Assembly (NCBI GenBank): GCA_038868255.1
Contig: JAWCTJ010000002.1
Span: 656 to 64,655, forward strand
Reading direction: 5' to 3'
Origin: Candidatus Bathyarchaeia archaeon
GTDB lineage: Archaea > Thermoproteota > Bathyarchaeia > Bathyarchaeales > Bathycorpusculaceae
Length of the DNA: 64,000 nucleotides
Shown: positions 18,770 to 26,596 of the stretch, piece by piece
Layout of the letters: each line of letters begins with the position of its first letter
Position numbering within the stretch: position 1 is the stretch's first letter
Notes under the pieces: generated by a model
Seen by the model: only the letters and a program-made list of their open reading frames with translations
What the model was told of the DNA's origin: nothing
Databases searched by the model: none
Program-made: the position numbers and the translations under genes

Positions 18770-19178
18770 AGCTAAGAAAATGATTTCCGCAATGTCCTAT
18801 TCTATACAGAGGCTTTATGATCGAATTTCATCAACTAGACCCTCCACTTTTGCTTTAGCAATGCTGGCCATTGCTTTCGCCATATTCCTGTTTGGCGGTG
18901 GGCTTTACAGCGTAATCGTTAAGCCATACCCGGCAGTCTACTATGGGGGCCGCTTTCTGTTTGTATATCCACAGCTGTCCGAACAATTTGTGTCAGACAG
19001 TGTTATAGCCATGATCCTTTTCTCGATTGGCACCGTCGGGTTGGCTTTCATGTATCAGAGCACAAAATATGTCTACAAGCCTAGGCAGGCCTATATGGTA
19101 TTCATTGTTGGCGTGATGCTTCTGATTATAGCATACATCTCTATAGAAGCTATACTGCACTATTGGAAAGGTGTTTAG
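18753..19178 (+). CDS. Three-TM small membrane protein resembling eukaryotic OSTC/DC2 (Ost3/6-family membrane domain)
   Basis: 141 aa (or 132 aa from the ATG at 18780). IFLFGGGLYSVIVKPYPAV resembles the remembered human OSTC segment YFLITGGIIYDVIVEPPSV. LFVYPQLSEQFVSDSVIAMILFSIGTVGLAFMYQS resembles [35 protein letters not shown]. Length and 3-TM topology match. The comparison is from memory only. Confidence 0.45.
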   Translation: MRVVHKAKKMISAMSYSIQRLYDRISSTRPSTFALAMLAIAFAIFLFGGGLYSVIVKPYPAVYYGGRFLFVYPQLSEQFVSDSVIAMILFSIGTVGLAFMYQSTKYVYKPRQAYMVFIVGVMLLIIAYISIEAILHYWKGV

Positions 19179-19183
19179 TCGCT

Positions 19184-19693
19184 TCACCAAGGAGTGTTTT
19201 TCAATCCCATTTTGTACGATGTAAAATTTGTTAATACGTGTAATGGAGGAGTTATAATCAAAGACGCGATGGCGAGTTCTAGGCTCGGCATTTTTAAGGG
19301 AATGGCGAAAATTAGGGCTCCGATAACGAAATCAATTTGATCTACTATGGGTAATGGTTTTCCAGGCGCTATTCCAACTCTTCTCTTTAGGAATGCCCCT
19401 GCCAAATCGCCTAATAGTGCTCCCATGGATATTGCGAAGCCAAAAGCTATAGGGTAGTGGAAAAGAAAGCTTTCCATAAGCCCTGCTAATGTTCCAACAG
19501 CTAGTCCCATAATGAATCCCCTGAAAGTTTTGTTTTTGCCGAAAATAGGTTTTCCATCCACAAATTTCTTCCCTAAGTCTATCGGCAAGCCTCCGCCAAC
19601 AAGGACTGGCGTAGCATTGGCGCAGTATGCTGGAAATAAAAACTTTAATGATTCAACTATTAATTCAAAGATGCCATCCATCCATAGCTTCAT
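19184..19693 (-). CDS. carS: CDP-archaeol synthase (CarS, DUF46 family)
   Basis: 169-aa membrane protein with FPAYCANATPVL...PIDLGKKFVDGKPIFGKNKTFRGF, characteristic of CarS. Confidence 0.8.
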   Translation of the reverse strand: MKLWMDGIFELIVESLKFLFPAYCANATPVLVGGGLPIDLGKKFVDGKPIFGKNKTFRGFIMGLAVGTLAGLMESFLFHYPIAFGFAISMGALLGDLAGAFLKRRVGIAPGKPLPIVDQIDFVIGALIFAIPLKMPSLELAIASLIITPPLHVLTNFTSYKMGLKNTPW

Positions 19694-20418
19694 CCTTCAA
19701 TTTTTTGAGGATAATAATCCACTAGCCCCCTTTGCTCTATCCTCAAATAACATGAAACAGATCCTGTGGCTCTTTCCTTTTTATCGACAGATACCTTAAC
19801 AACTCTCTCGCTTTCAGTTGGTTTCATGGCTAATATTGTGTCTGCCCAGAACTTCAACACTCTTGTAGCCACAGGCTCCACGCTTACAATTGCTTCGTCT
19901 AGGATGCTTCGCACTTGACTTACTACGATAACTGCAAGTTTGTTCGACCTTGCGGTCTGCGCCAGCCATGCCATTTGTCTATTAAGTTCACGGTTTATTT
20001 CAAATGTTTTTTCAGGTTTTTCCGCGAGCTCAGCTCTATACAAAGATGTAAGCGTGTCCACAATTACAAGTCTAAAATCCTTAGTTAAGTAATCGGCAAG
20101 CCTGTTTATGACTGTGGCTTGTTCTCTAAAGTCCTTTGGTTTGGCAAGGATTATACGCTCAGCAATTTTATCGAAGTCATGATGCATGGCGATCTGAGAG
20201 AGCCTTCCAGCTGAAAATGTGCCATCGCTGTCTATAAATAACGTTTTAAATCCCATTGCAGCGCAATTTACTGCGCATTGCATTGTTAATGTTGTCTTCG
20301 CCGTTTCAGCTTCTCCGTAGATTAGGCTTAATTCGCCTAGCGAGAAACCGCCATCTAAAATTTCATCAAGTCTTGCACAGTTTGTTGGTATATTTTGGAG
20401 TGTTGCTGGGGGCATCAA
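19690..20418 (-). CDS. radB: RadB (RadA/RecA paralog) with a deviant Walker A
   Basis: LDEILDGGF, FIDSDGTFSAGRL, ILAKPKDFREQ and VVDTLTSLYRAE parallel Pyrococcus RadB. Walker A reads GEAETAKT. It overlaps the carS start by 4 nt. Confidence 0.8.
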   Translation of the reverse strand: MMPPATLQNIPTNCARLDEILDGGFSLGELSLIYGEAETAKTTLTMQCAVNCAAMGFKTLFIDSDGTFSAGRLSQIAMHHDFDKIAERIILAKPKDFREQATVINRLADYLTKDFRLVIVDTLTSLYRAELAEKPEKTFEINRELNRQMAWLAQTARSNKLAVIVVSQVRSILDEAIVSVEPVATRVLKFWADTILAMKPTESERVVKVSVDKKERATGSVSCYLRIEQRGLVDYYPQKIEG

Positions 20419-20474
20419 TGAATATAAGTTACTAACAGTAATAATTTGTTTATGCCTAGTATGGGAATTTATCT

Positions 20475-21128
20475 ATGAAAGCCAAGGTTGCCGTCGCTAC
20501 AGTATCCGGGAGAGCCTACTACCTTATAGTCAATGAGCTTAAGAAACTTAAGATACCCTTTCTAAGCTTGACACCCTTCGAACCCATACCTGTGGAGGTC
20601 AGAGTTGTAATAACGACATTCGAGGAACGTTCTCTCATAAATCACGATCTGGTTCTCATCTTTAAGGGTGAAGATGAACTTCCAGCCTTAATGAATCATG
20701 TTATCAAAATTCTCGAGGGAAAGACCGCCTATGAGAAGATTATCATAGGCGTTGATCCTGGTGAAGTTTTCGGCTTAGCGGTTCTGGCAGACGGGAAGGT
20801 AATCAACGCTGGAAACTGCTTCAGCGTGGAAGAAACAGTGAACCGAATAGATAGCATATTAAGAAGCTTTAAGGACGTCGAGGCTTCATCAATTGTAGTT
20901 AAGATTGGCGACGGCACTCCAGAATACCGGGATGAATTGCTGAGGGTCTTAGATGAGCGACTTCCTTTGCGGGTCGTACTGGAAAAGGTGAGTGAGGCTG
21001 GAACGAACCGACTATTAAGTGAATCCAAACATAGAAGAGGGTTAAGGGATATAGGCTCCGCAATAGAAATTGCAAGACGTAATGGTTACAAGGTTCAAAG
21101 GAGGATTTCGTATGAACATAACGGTTGA
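20475..21128 (+). CDS. RNase H-fold (RuvC/YqgF-like) putative nuclease with an N-terminal extra domain
   Basis: 217 aa. IIIGVDPGEVFGLAVLADGKV is the beta1-beta2 signature of RuvC/YqgF-like folds, with a later SEAGTN segment. Assignment is by motif only. Confidence 0.45.
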   Translation: MKAKVAVATVSGRAYYLIVNELKKLKIPFLSLTPFEPIPVEVRVVITTFEERSLINHDLVLIFKGEDELPALMNHVIKILEGKTAYEKIIIGVDPGEVFGLAVLADGKVINAGNCFSVEETVNRIDSILRSFKDVEASSIVVKIGDGTPEYRDELLRVLDERLPLRVVLEKVSEAGTNRLLSESKHRRGLRDIGSAIEIARRNGYKVQRRISYEHNG

Positions 21129-22404
21129 CGCTAAAAAAACGCTTTTAGTTGATGGACCTGCTTCTATAACTGTCACGTCTGGTAGAGTCGAGGTTTTCGG
21201 CCACATTATGGATAAAGGTAAAGTGATTATAAGAGACGGTAAGAGAATGCCCTTCATAGTGCTTGAAAATGCAACCTTTGATGTTTCATTAGGTGAAAAC
21301 GCGTGTGTAGAAGAAGTTCAAGGATCCACAATACCTGAATCATGGGTGAAAGCCTTTGAAGAACTTCGCTCCATCAAATCAAGACCCGCTGTGGCGATGG
21401 TTGTCGGGGCTCCCGACTCTGGAAAGACAAGCTTCTGCACCTATTTAATTAACCGTTTACTGACCAGTAAGCCTAAAATAGCAATATTAGACGGGGATTT
21501 GGGGCAATCAGATATTGGGCCACCATGCACCGTCTCTTATACTTTAGTTTCAAAGCCAATTGCTGACTTATTCAATTTAGAACCTGAAAACGCATTCTTT
21601 GTAGGCGTCACCTCGCCTAACAAAGCCCTTGAAAAAACCGTCCAAGGTTTAACCTTGCTAAGAGATGAAATTTTGCAGAAAAGTCCAGATTTCATCATTG
21701 TGAACACTGACGGCTGGATTGAAGGTGAAGATGCGGTTAAGTATAAGGCTCAGTTAGCCGAGCGACTATTTCCCGACATAATATTTGCTATAAAGCAGGA
21801 TGAGCGACTGACTCCGCTTCTGGATACAATCAAAATCTACCGCGTTTTGACCATTGACTCTCCCAATGCTATAAAACAGAGAAGCCGAGAAAAACGTAAA
21901 AGCTTGAGGGAACTTGGCTACCTAAAATACTTGAAGAATGCGAAGGTTCAATTAATACCATTAAGTTGGGTGAGAATTGAAGATGGTGAACACGTGGCTC
22001 TAGCTAGGAACTTCGTGGATTCAAGACGTAAAAGAGAGATAAGTGAACTACTTAGGGTAAACCCCCTGCACTTTGCGGAATCGATGGATAAGGTGTTCCT
22101 CGTTTTGGGTAGCGATCGCTACATACCTAAGGAAGACTTGAGGAAACTTGAGGAGGCAATTGGCAAGAAAGCTGTAGTGGTCTTTAAGGAAGAAGCTGAA
22201 GGCCTATTAACAGCACTATATGATAGTGGTAATAAATTCCTTGGAATAGGAGTCATAAGAGAGGTTGATTATAAAAGAAAAGTGATGAAAATATGCACCC
22301 CAGTATTAGGCGGCATATCCGCTATAAAAATTGGAAAAGTTCGCCTTGATAAAAACCTAAGAGAATACCCATTTTCTGAGGAGGGGCCTAAACAAGCATC
22401 CTAG
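21112..22404 (+). CDS. clp1: Clp1/Grc3-family polynucleotide 5'-hydroxyl kinase
   Basis: Walker A GAPDSGKTSF and the Clp1 motif ILDGDLGQSDIGPP. The ATG at 21112 follows AGGAGG and overlaps the upstream gene by 17 nt. Confidence 0.8.
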   Translation: MNITVDAKKTLLVDGPASITVTSGRVEVFGHIMDKGKVIIRDGKRMPFIVLENATFDVSLGENACVEEVQGSTIPESWVKAFEELRSIKSRPAVAMVVGAPDSGKTSFCTYLINRLLTSKPKIAILDGDLGQSDIGPPCTVSYTLVSKPIADLFNLEPENAFFVGVTSPNKALEKTVQGLTLLRDEILQKSPDFIIVNTDGWIEGEDAVKYKAQLAERLFPDIIFAIKQDERLTPLLDTIKIYRVLTIDSPNAIKQRSREKRKSLRELGYLKYLKNAKVQLIPLSWVRIEDGEHVALARNFVDSRRKREISELLRVNPLHFAESMDKVFLVLGSDRYIPKEDLRKLEEAIGKKAVVVFKEEAEGLLTALYDSGNKFLGIGVIREVDYKRKVMKICTPVLGGISAIKIGKVRLDKNLREYPFSEEGPKQAS

Positions 22405-23081
22405 TCACTTCGCGAGGGGCAAAGAATCCTCAAGGGGCATTCTCTGCAGTGGGGGTTTCGGGCACGACAATACTTTCTTCCAAGCGAAATTAGCAGAACA
22501 TGTGCATCTAAGTAATCCTCTGGCTTAAATAGGCTTTGTAGTGCTTTTCTAACGTCTTCATATCCTCCATTATTCGGCGCTAATCCAAGCCTTTTTGACA
22601 CCCTTTTGACATGCGTGTCTACAGGTATAGTGGGCTTCCCCCCTGAAAAAAGTAATATGACATCCGCCGTTTTAGGCCCAACTCCAGGTAATTCCATCAG
22701 TGTTTTTCGCGATTCTTCAAGAGGCTTTTTAATAATGGGGTTTAAGCTTCCATTATATTTCTCAAGAATTATTCTTGAAATTTCTTTTATCACCCTAGCC
22801 TTATTCCGATAGAGCCCAGCTGACTTTAAGCATTCTTCAATTTCTCTTACGTCGGCGTTAGCTAAGGCTTCAGGGGTTATCAGAAATTTTCTTGAGAGAT
22901 TTTCAAAAGCTCTTTTAGTGTTTCTGTCAGCAGTATTCTGTGAAATTATAGTTACTATTAACGTTTCGAACGGATCCCTGTTAGAGGTGATCCATTCAGG
23001 AAGAGAGAAACTCCTGCGAAGAATTTCCATTATCTTTTGGGCTCTGTCACCGCTCATCTTTCCCAGGATCCTTGAAAGCAA
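22401..23081 (-). CDS. nth: Endonuclease III (HhH-GPD DNA glycosylase with a 4Fe-4S cluster)
   Basis: HhH motif LMELPGVGPKTADVILL, catalytic region VDTHVKRV, and FeS loop CRARNPHCRECPLRILC. Confidence 0.9.
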   Translation of the reverse strand: MLSRILGKMSGDRAQKIMEILRRSFSLPEWITSNRDPFETLIVTIISQNTADRNTKRAFENLSRKFLITPEALANADVREIEECLKSAGLYRNKARVIKEISRIILEKYNGSLNPIIKKPLEESRKTLMELPGVGPKTADVILLFSGGKPTIPVDTHVKRVSKRLGLAPNNGGYEDVRKALQSLFKPEDYLDAHVLLISLGRKYCRARNPHCRECPLRILCPSRSD

Positions 23082-23494
23082 TAAATAGTGCGTTTATCGG
23101 TATAAATATGAATGGTGGAGCCTATTTGGATCGCGCGAGAGTTATCAAGGACGAAATTGTAGAGCAGAATATCCGCTTTTTGGCAGTTTACTTAGAAACA
23201 AAGAATGCTTGTCTAGTTCTTCTAAGCGAGAAAGAGGATAAACTTGGAACTTTAGCCATCGCCGTACCTAGGCCTTTGGACATGTCGGGTCCCTCTTCAT
23301 CAGTTCTCTTAGGTGACAGAAATACTGTTTCAGCTAGAATGTTCGCTGAATATTTAGCGTCAAAGAAGAGGAAAATAGCTTTAGTCTCGATTTATTTGGA
23401 ATCTCTGAACGAGATGCAAGCACAATCAATTTTGAGGAAACTCGTGGACAAGATTATGTCCTCAGAACTTGCTATGGAGGGAAGCGTGGCATGA
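23072..23494 (+). CDS. Small hypothetical protein coupled to UbiD (possibly an LpdD-like prFMN chaperone)
   Basis: 140 aa at most; the internal ATG giving MNGGAYL... is the more likely start. Its stop overlaps the UbiD ATG (ATGA). GDRNTVSARMFAEYLAS...IALVSIYLE loosely resembles remembered LpdD. Confidence 0.4.
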   Translation: MKAINSAFIGINMNGGAYLDRARVIKDEIVEQNIRFLAVYLETKNACLVLLSEKEDKLGTLAIAVPRPLDMSGPSSSVLLGDRNTVSARMFAEYLASKKRKIALVSIYLESLNEMQAQSILRKLVDKIMSSELAMEGSVA

Positions 23495-24837
23495 GTCTGC
23501 GAGACTTTTTGGAGCTTATGGAAGAGAAAGATCAAGTTCTCCATGTGGAGAACGATGTTTCTCCAAAGTTTGAGATTTCCTATTTCATTAAAAGATTTGA
23601 TAAGGATGGCCCTATTCTTCTTTTTGAAAAAGTTAGGGACGGAATGAACAAGGTTGTGGCTAATGTATGCGGAACCAGGAATAGAATCTGCGAGGCGCTT
23701 GGTGTTAATGGAACAGAACTTTATCATAAACTTCTGGATGCTTGCCGCTCACCCATACAGCCCAAAATAACCGATGACGGTGAGGTCTGCGAGGTCATCG
23801 AAGAGCCTAATTTGTTTAAACTTCCAGTTCTAACCCACTTTGAGAGGGATGCAGGTCCATACGTAACAGCATCCGTTATCCATGCAAAAAGCCCGGATGG
23901 AGCCCTAGAGAATGTTTCAATCCACAGGCTTCAACTTCTGGATGAACGACACCTAGCAATACGCTTAGTTCCCCGTCACCTTTATAGGCTTTGGTGCATG
24001 GCTAAGGAGGCTAAAAAAGATTTAGAAATTGCTATATCTGTAGGCAATCATCCGGCTGTCATGTTAGCTGCTTCTTCTTCCCCCCCATTTGGAGTTAATG
24101 AGTTTGCCGTTGCAAACACGCTTTTAAACGGTAAATTACGCCTTGTTAGGTGTATGCATGTGGACGCATATGCTCCAGCGGATGCGGAGCTTGTTCTGGA
24201 GGGGAAAATCTCCATATCCCATGAGGTTATAGAGGGCCCGCTCGTGGATATTACAGGAACCTATGATGTTCAAAGGATGCAGCCTGTTGTAGAGATATTG
24301 GGCATCATGCGCCGCAGAGACTACATATATCAGGCGGTTCTCCCCTCAGGATCAGAACATAAACTTTTGATGGGACTGCCTAGGGAAGCCGCAATATACG
24401 AGGCTGTCTCCAAGGTTGTGCCGAAAGTTCACGCTGTTAACCTATCAGTCGGCGGTGGAGGTTGGCTTCACGCTATTATATCAATTGAGAAACAAGTTGA
24501 TGGTGACGGAAAAAACGCCTTATTGGCAGCCTTGGCAGCTCATCCAAGCCTTAAGCATGCTATCGTAGTAGATCCTGACATTAATGTCTTTGATATTTCA
24601 GATGTGGAGTGGGCAATAGCCACAAGATTCCAAGCCGATGAAGACTTATTGATAATTGAAAACGCTAGGGGCTCAACGTTAGACTCTTCAGCGGATCAGG
24701 AGACAGGGTTAACCGCAAAGATGGGCGTAGATGCCACCTGCCCCATGACAAAATCCAAGGAGAAATTTGAGAAGGCAAAAATACCTGAGAATGAACGAGT
24801 TGAGGGGATGATAAGAAAATTACTTATCCAGAGGTAG
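23491..24837 (+). CDS. UbiD-family (prFMN-dependent) decarboxylase
   Basis: 448 aa. The N-terminus MSLRDFLELMEEKDQVLHVENDVSPKFEI is typical of UbiD enzymes, and the overall length and layout fit. Confidence 0.85.
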   Translation: MSLRDFLELMEEKDQVLHVENDVSPKFEISYFIKRFDKDGPILLFEKVRDGMNKVVANVCGTRNRICEALGVNGTELYHKLLDACRSPIQPKITDDGEVCEVIEEPNLFKLPVLTHFERDAGPYVTASVIHAKSPDGALENVSIHRLQLLDERHLAIRLVPRHLYRLWCMAKEAKKDLEIAISVGNHPAVMLAASSSPPFGVNEFAVANTLLNGKLRLVRCMHVDAYAPADAELVLEGKISISHEVIEGPLVDITGTYDVQRMQPVVEILGIMRRRDYIYQAVLPSGSEHKLLMGLPREAAIYEAVSKVVPKVHAVNLSVGGGGWLHAIISIEKQVDGDGKNALLAALAAHPSLKHAIVVDPDINVFDISDVEWAIATRFQADEDLLIIENARGSTLDSSADQETGLTAKMGVDATCPMTKSKEKFEKAKIPENERVEGMIRKLLIQR

Positions 24838-24851
24838 TTTTCGATTTATAG

Positions 24852-24859
24852 TTTATATA
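24852..24859 (+). promoter_or_regulatory. Candidate TATA box for the CBS-domain gene
   Basis: TTTATATA about 42 nt upstream of the start at 24894. Confidence 0.35.
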
Positions 24860-24893
24860 AAGGTTCACCTTTAAAAATTTTGAGGGTTCCGGG

Positions 24894-25355
24894 TTGTCTC
24901 AGGATGAAGAGAAAGATGAGCATCTTGTTTCATTAAAGGTTGATGATGTAATGATCCGAGATGTTGTAACCATTGACGTGAACTCTACTGTAAGAGAGGC
25001 TGCTAACTTAATGGGCCAGATGGGAATAGGTTGCCTAATTGTTCTAGGAGGAAACAAAGCTGTTGGAATATTGACTGAGCGGGACGTTCTGAAGAGGGTT
25101 GTGGCTGAGGCAAGGGATGCGGAAAAGACTTTGGTCAGGGATGTAATGTCAAGTCCACTGATTACGGTGGAGCCTCATGTGGATCTTGAGGAGGCTGTAA
25201 GGCTCATGTTCTCCATGAACATTAAGCGCCTGCCGGTTGTTAATGAAGAGCGCCTATTGGGTATAGTCAGCTTAACTGACATAGCCCGCTGCCATCCGCA
25301 TATAATGAAACTTCTTAAGCAGTATGCTGCTGAGCATGCTCGCCGAAAAAAATAA
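24894..25355 (+). CDS. CBS-domain pair protein
   Basis: Two CBS repeats (VMIRDVVTID...GILTERDVLKRV and VMSSPLITVE...GIVSLTDIAR). Confidence 0.8.
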   Translation: MSQDEEKDEHLVSLKVDDVMIRDVVTIDVNSTVREAANLMGQMGIGCLIVLGGNKAVGILTERDVLKRVVAEARDAEKTLVRDVMSSPLITVEPHVDLEEAVRLMFSMNIKRLPVVNEERLLGIVSLTDIARCHPHIMKLLKQYAAEHARRKK

Positions 25356-25438
25356 AGTGGACTTCAGATTCTTATGTGATTTTAATTCTTCCTTTCAACC
25401 AAACTTTAAGTACTGTGGTGTTCATGCTGAAATAAGGT

Positions 25439-26512
25439 TTGTTAATGTCGAAGAAAACTCTGGTGTTTAAGGTTAATCCTGACAGTCCGGATCCTGATAT
25501 TATCAGCCAAGCGGCTGGCATAATACGTCGTGGCGGGCTTGTAGCCTTTCCAACAGAGACTGTTTATGGTTTAGGGGCTGATGCCCTAAATCCGGCAGCC
25601 GTTTCAGCGCTTTTTGAGGCTAAGATGCGCCCAAGGGACAATCCTCCAATAGTGCACGTTGGAAGCATAGACGATGTGTACAGACTTGCGGAGAACGTGC
25701 CGCAAAAAGCCCTTCGCCTTATGGAGTTTCTGTGGCCAGGTCCTCTGACTCTCATCCTTAAACGCTCAAGCCTTGTACCTGACGTGACAGTCGCCGGACT
25801 AGATACGATTGCGGTTAGAATGCCTAGACACAGCGTGGCCCTTGCGCTTATCAGAAAAAGCGGTTCTCCAATAGCTGCTCCAAGCGCGAACCTTGCTGGA
25901 AGACCAAGCCCTACAACAGCTCAGCATGTCCTCGAGGACTTAGATGGGAGAATAGACGCCGTACTAGACGCTGGCCCAACCCATATTGGAGTGGAATCCA
26001 CAGTTCTGGATATGACTGCTGATCCTCCACAGATACTGCGGCCTGGTGGTGTTCCGTACGAGGTTTTGAAGAGCTTCCTCTGGGAAGTTAGTCTTCATCC
26101 GGTTGCAGTAGCCGAAAAGGAGTTGCATGTGAATCACGCACGTTCCCCAGGGGTTAAGCATAAACATTATGCCCCAAAGGCTGAGATGTTCCTTGTTGAG
26201 GGTTCATTGAAAGCTGTTGTGAAAAAGATAAATGAGTTGGCTGAGGATTACAGTCGGGTGGGATGCAAAGTTGGAGTTTTAGCAACGGATGAGACTTCAA
26301 ATCATTACAAGGCTAACGTTGTTAAATCCCTCGGAAGCAGAAGTAACCTGGCCGAAATAGCCAAAAATCTCTTTAGGCTTTTAAGGGATTTTGACTCAGA
26401 AGGCGTAGATGTTATTCTTGCAGAGTCAATTCCCGCTGATGGTCTTGGTTTAGCTGTAATGAATAGGCTTAGGAAGGCTTCAGGGTACAAAATTTTGAGG
26501 ACCGATGAATAG
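25439..26512 (+). CDS. sua5: L-threonylcarbamoyladenylate synthase Sua5/TsaC with a Sua5 C-terminal domain
   Basis: FPTETVYGLGADA, KMRPRDNPPIVHV and APSANLAGRPSPTT; 357 aa. Confidence 0.9.
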   Translation: MLMSKKTLVFKVNPDSPDPDIISQAAGIIRRGGLVAFPTETVYGLGADALNPAAVSALFEAKMRPRDNPPIVHVGSIDDVYRLAENVPQKALRLMEFLWPGPLTLILKRSSLVPDVTVAGLDTIAVRMPRHSVALALIRKSGSPIAAPSANLAGRPSPTTAQHVLEDLDGRIDAVLDAGPTHIGVESTVLDMTADPPQILRPGGVPYEVLKSFLWEVSLHPVAVAEKELHVNHARSPGVKHKHYAPKAEMFLVEGSLKAVVKKINELAEDYSRVGCKVGVLATDETSNHYKANVVKSLGSRSNLAEIAKNLFRLLRDFDSEGVDVILAESIPADGLGLAVMNRLRKASGYKILRTDE

Positions 26513-26525
26513 AAACGTTTATATA
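26511..26525 (+). promoter_or_regulatory. BRE/TATA promoter element of thermosome gene 1
   Basis: AGAAACGTTTATATA about 72-86 nt upstream of the ATG. It matches the element upstream of thermosome gene 2 at 13 of 15 positions. Confidence 0.45.
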
Positions 26526-26596
26526 GAAGTAACTTTTTTGAATCTGTTCTGCCCATTTAATCGCATACAACTGTTATGAATCAGAGGTGATGTTTA

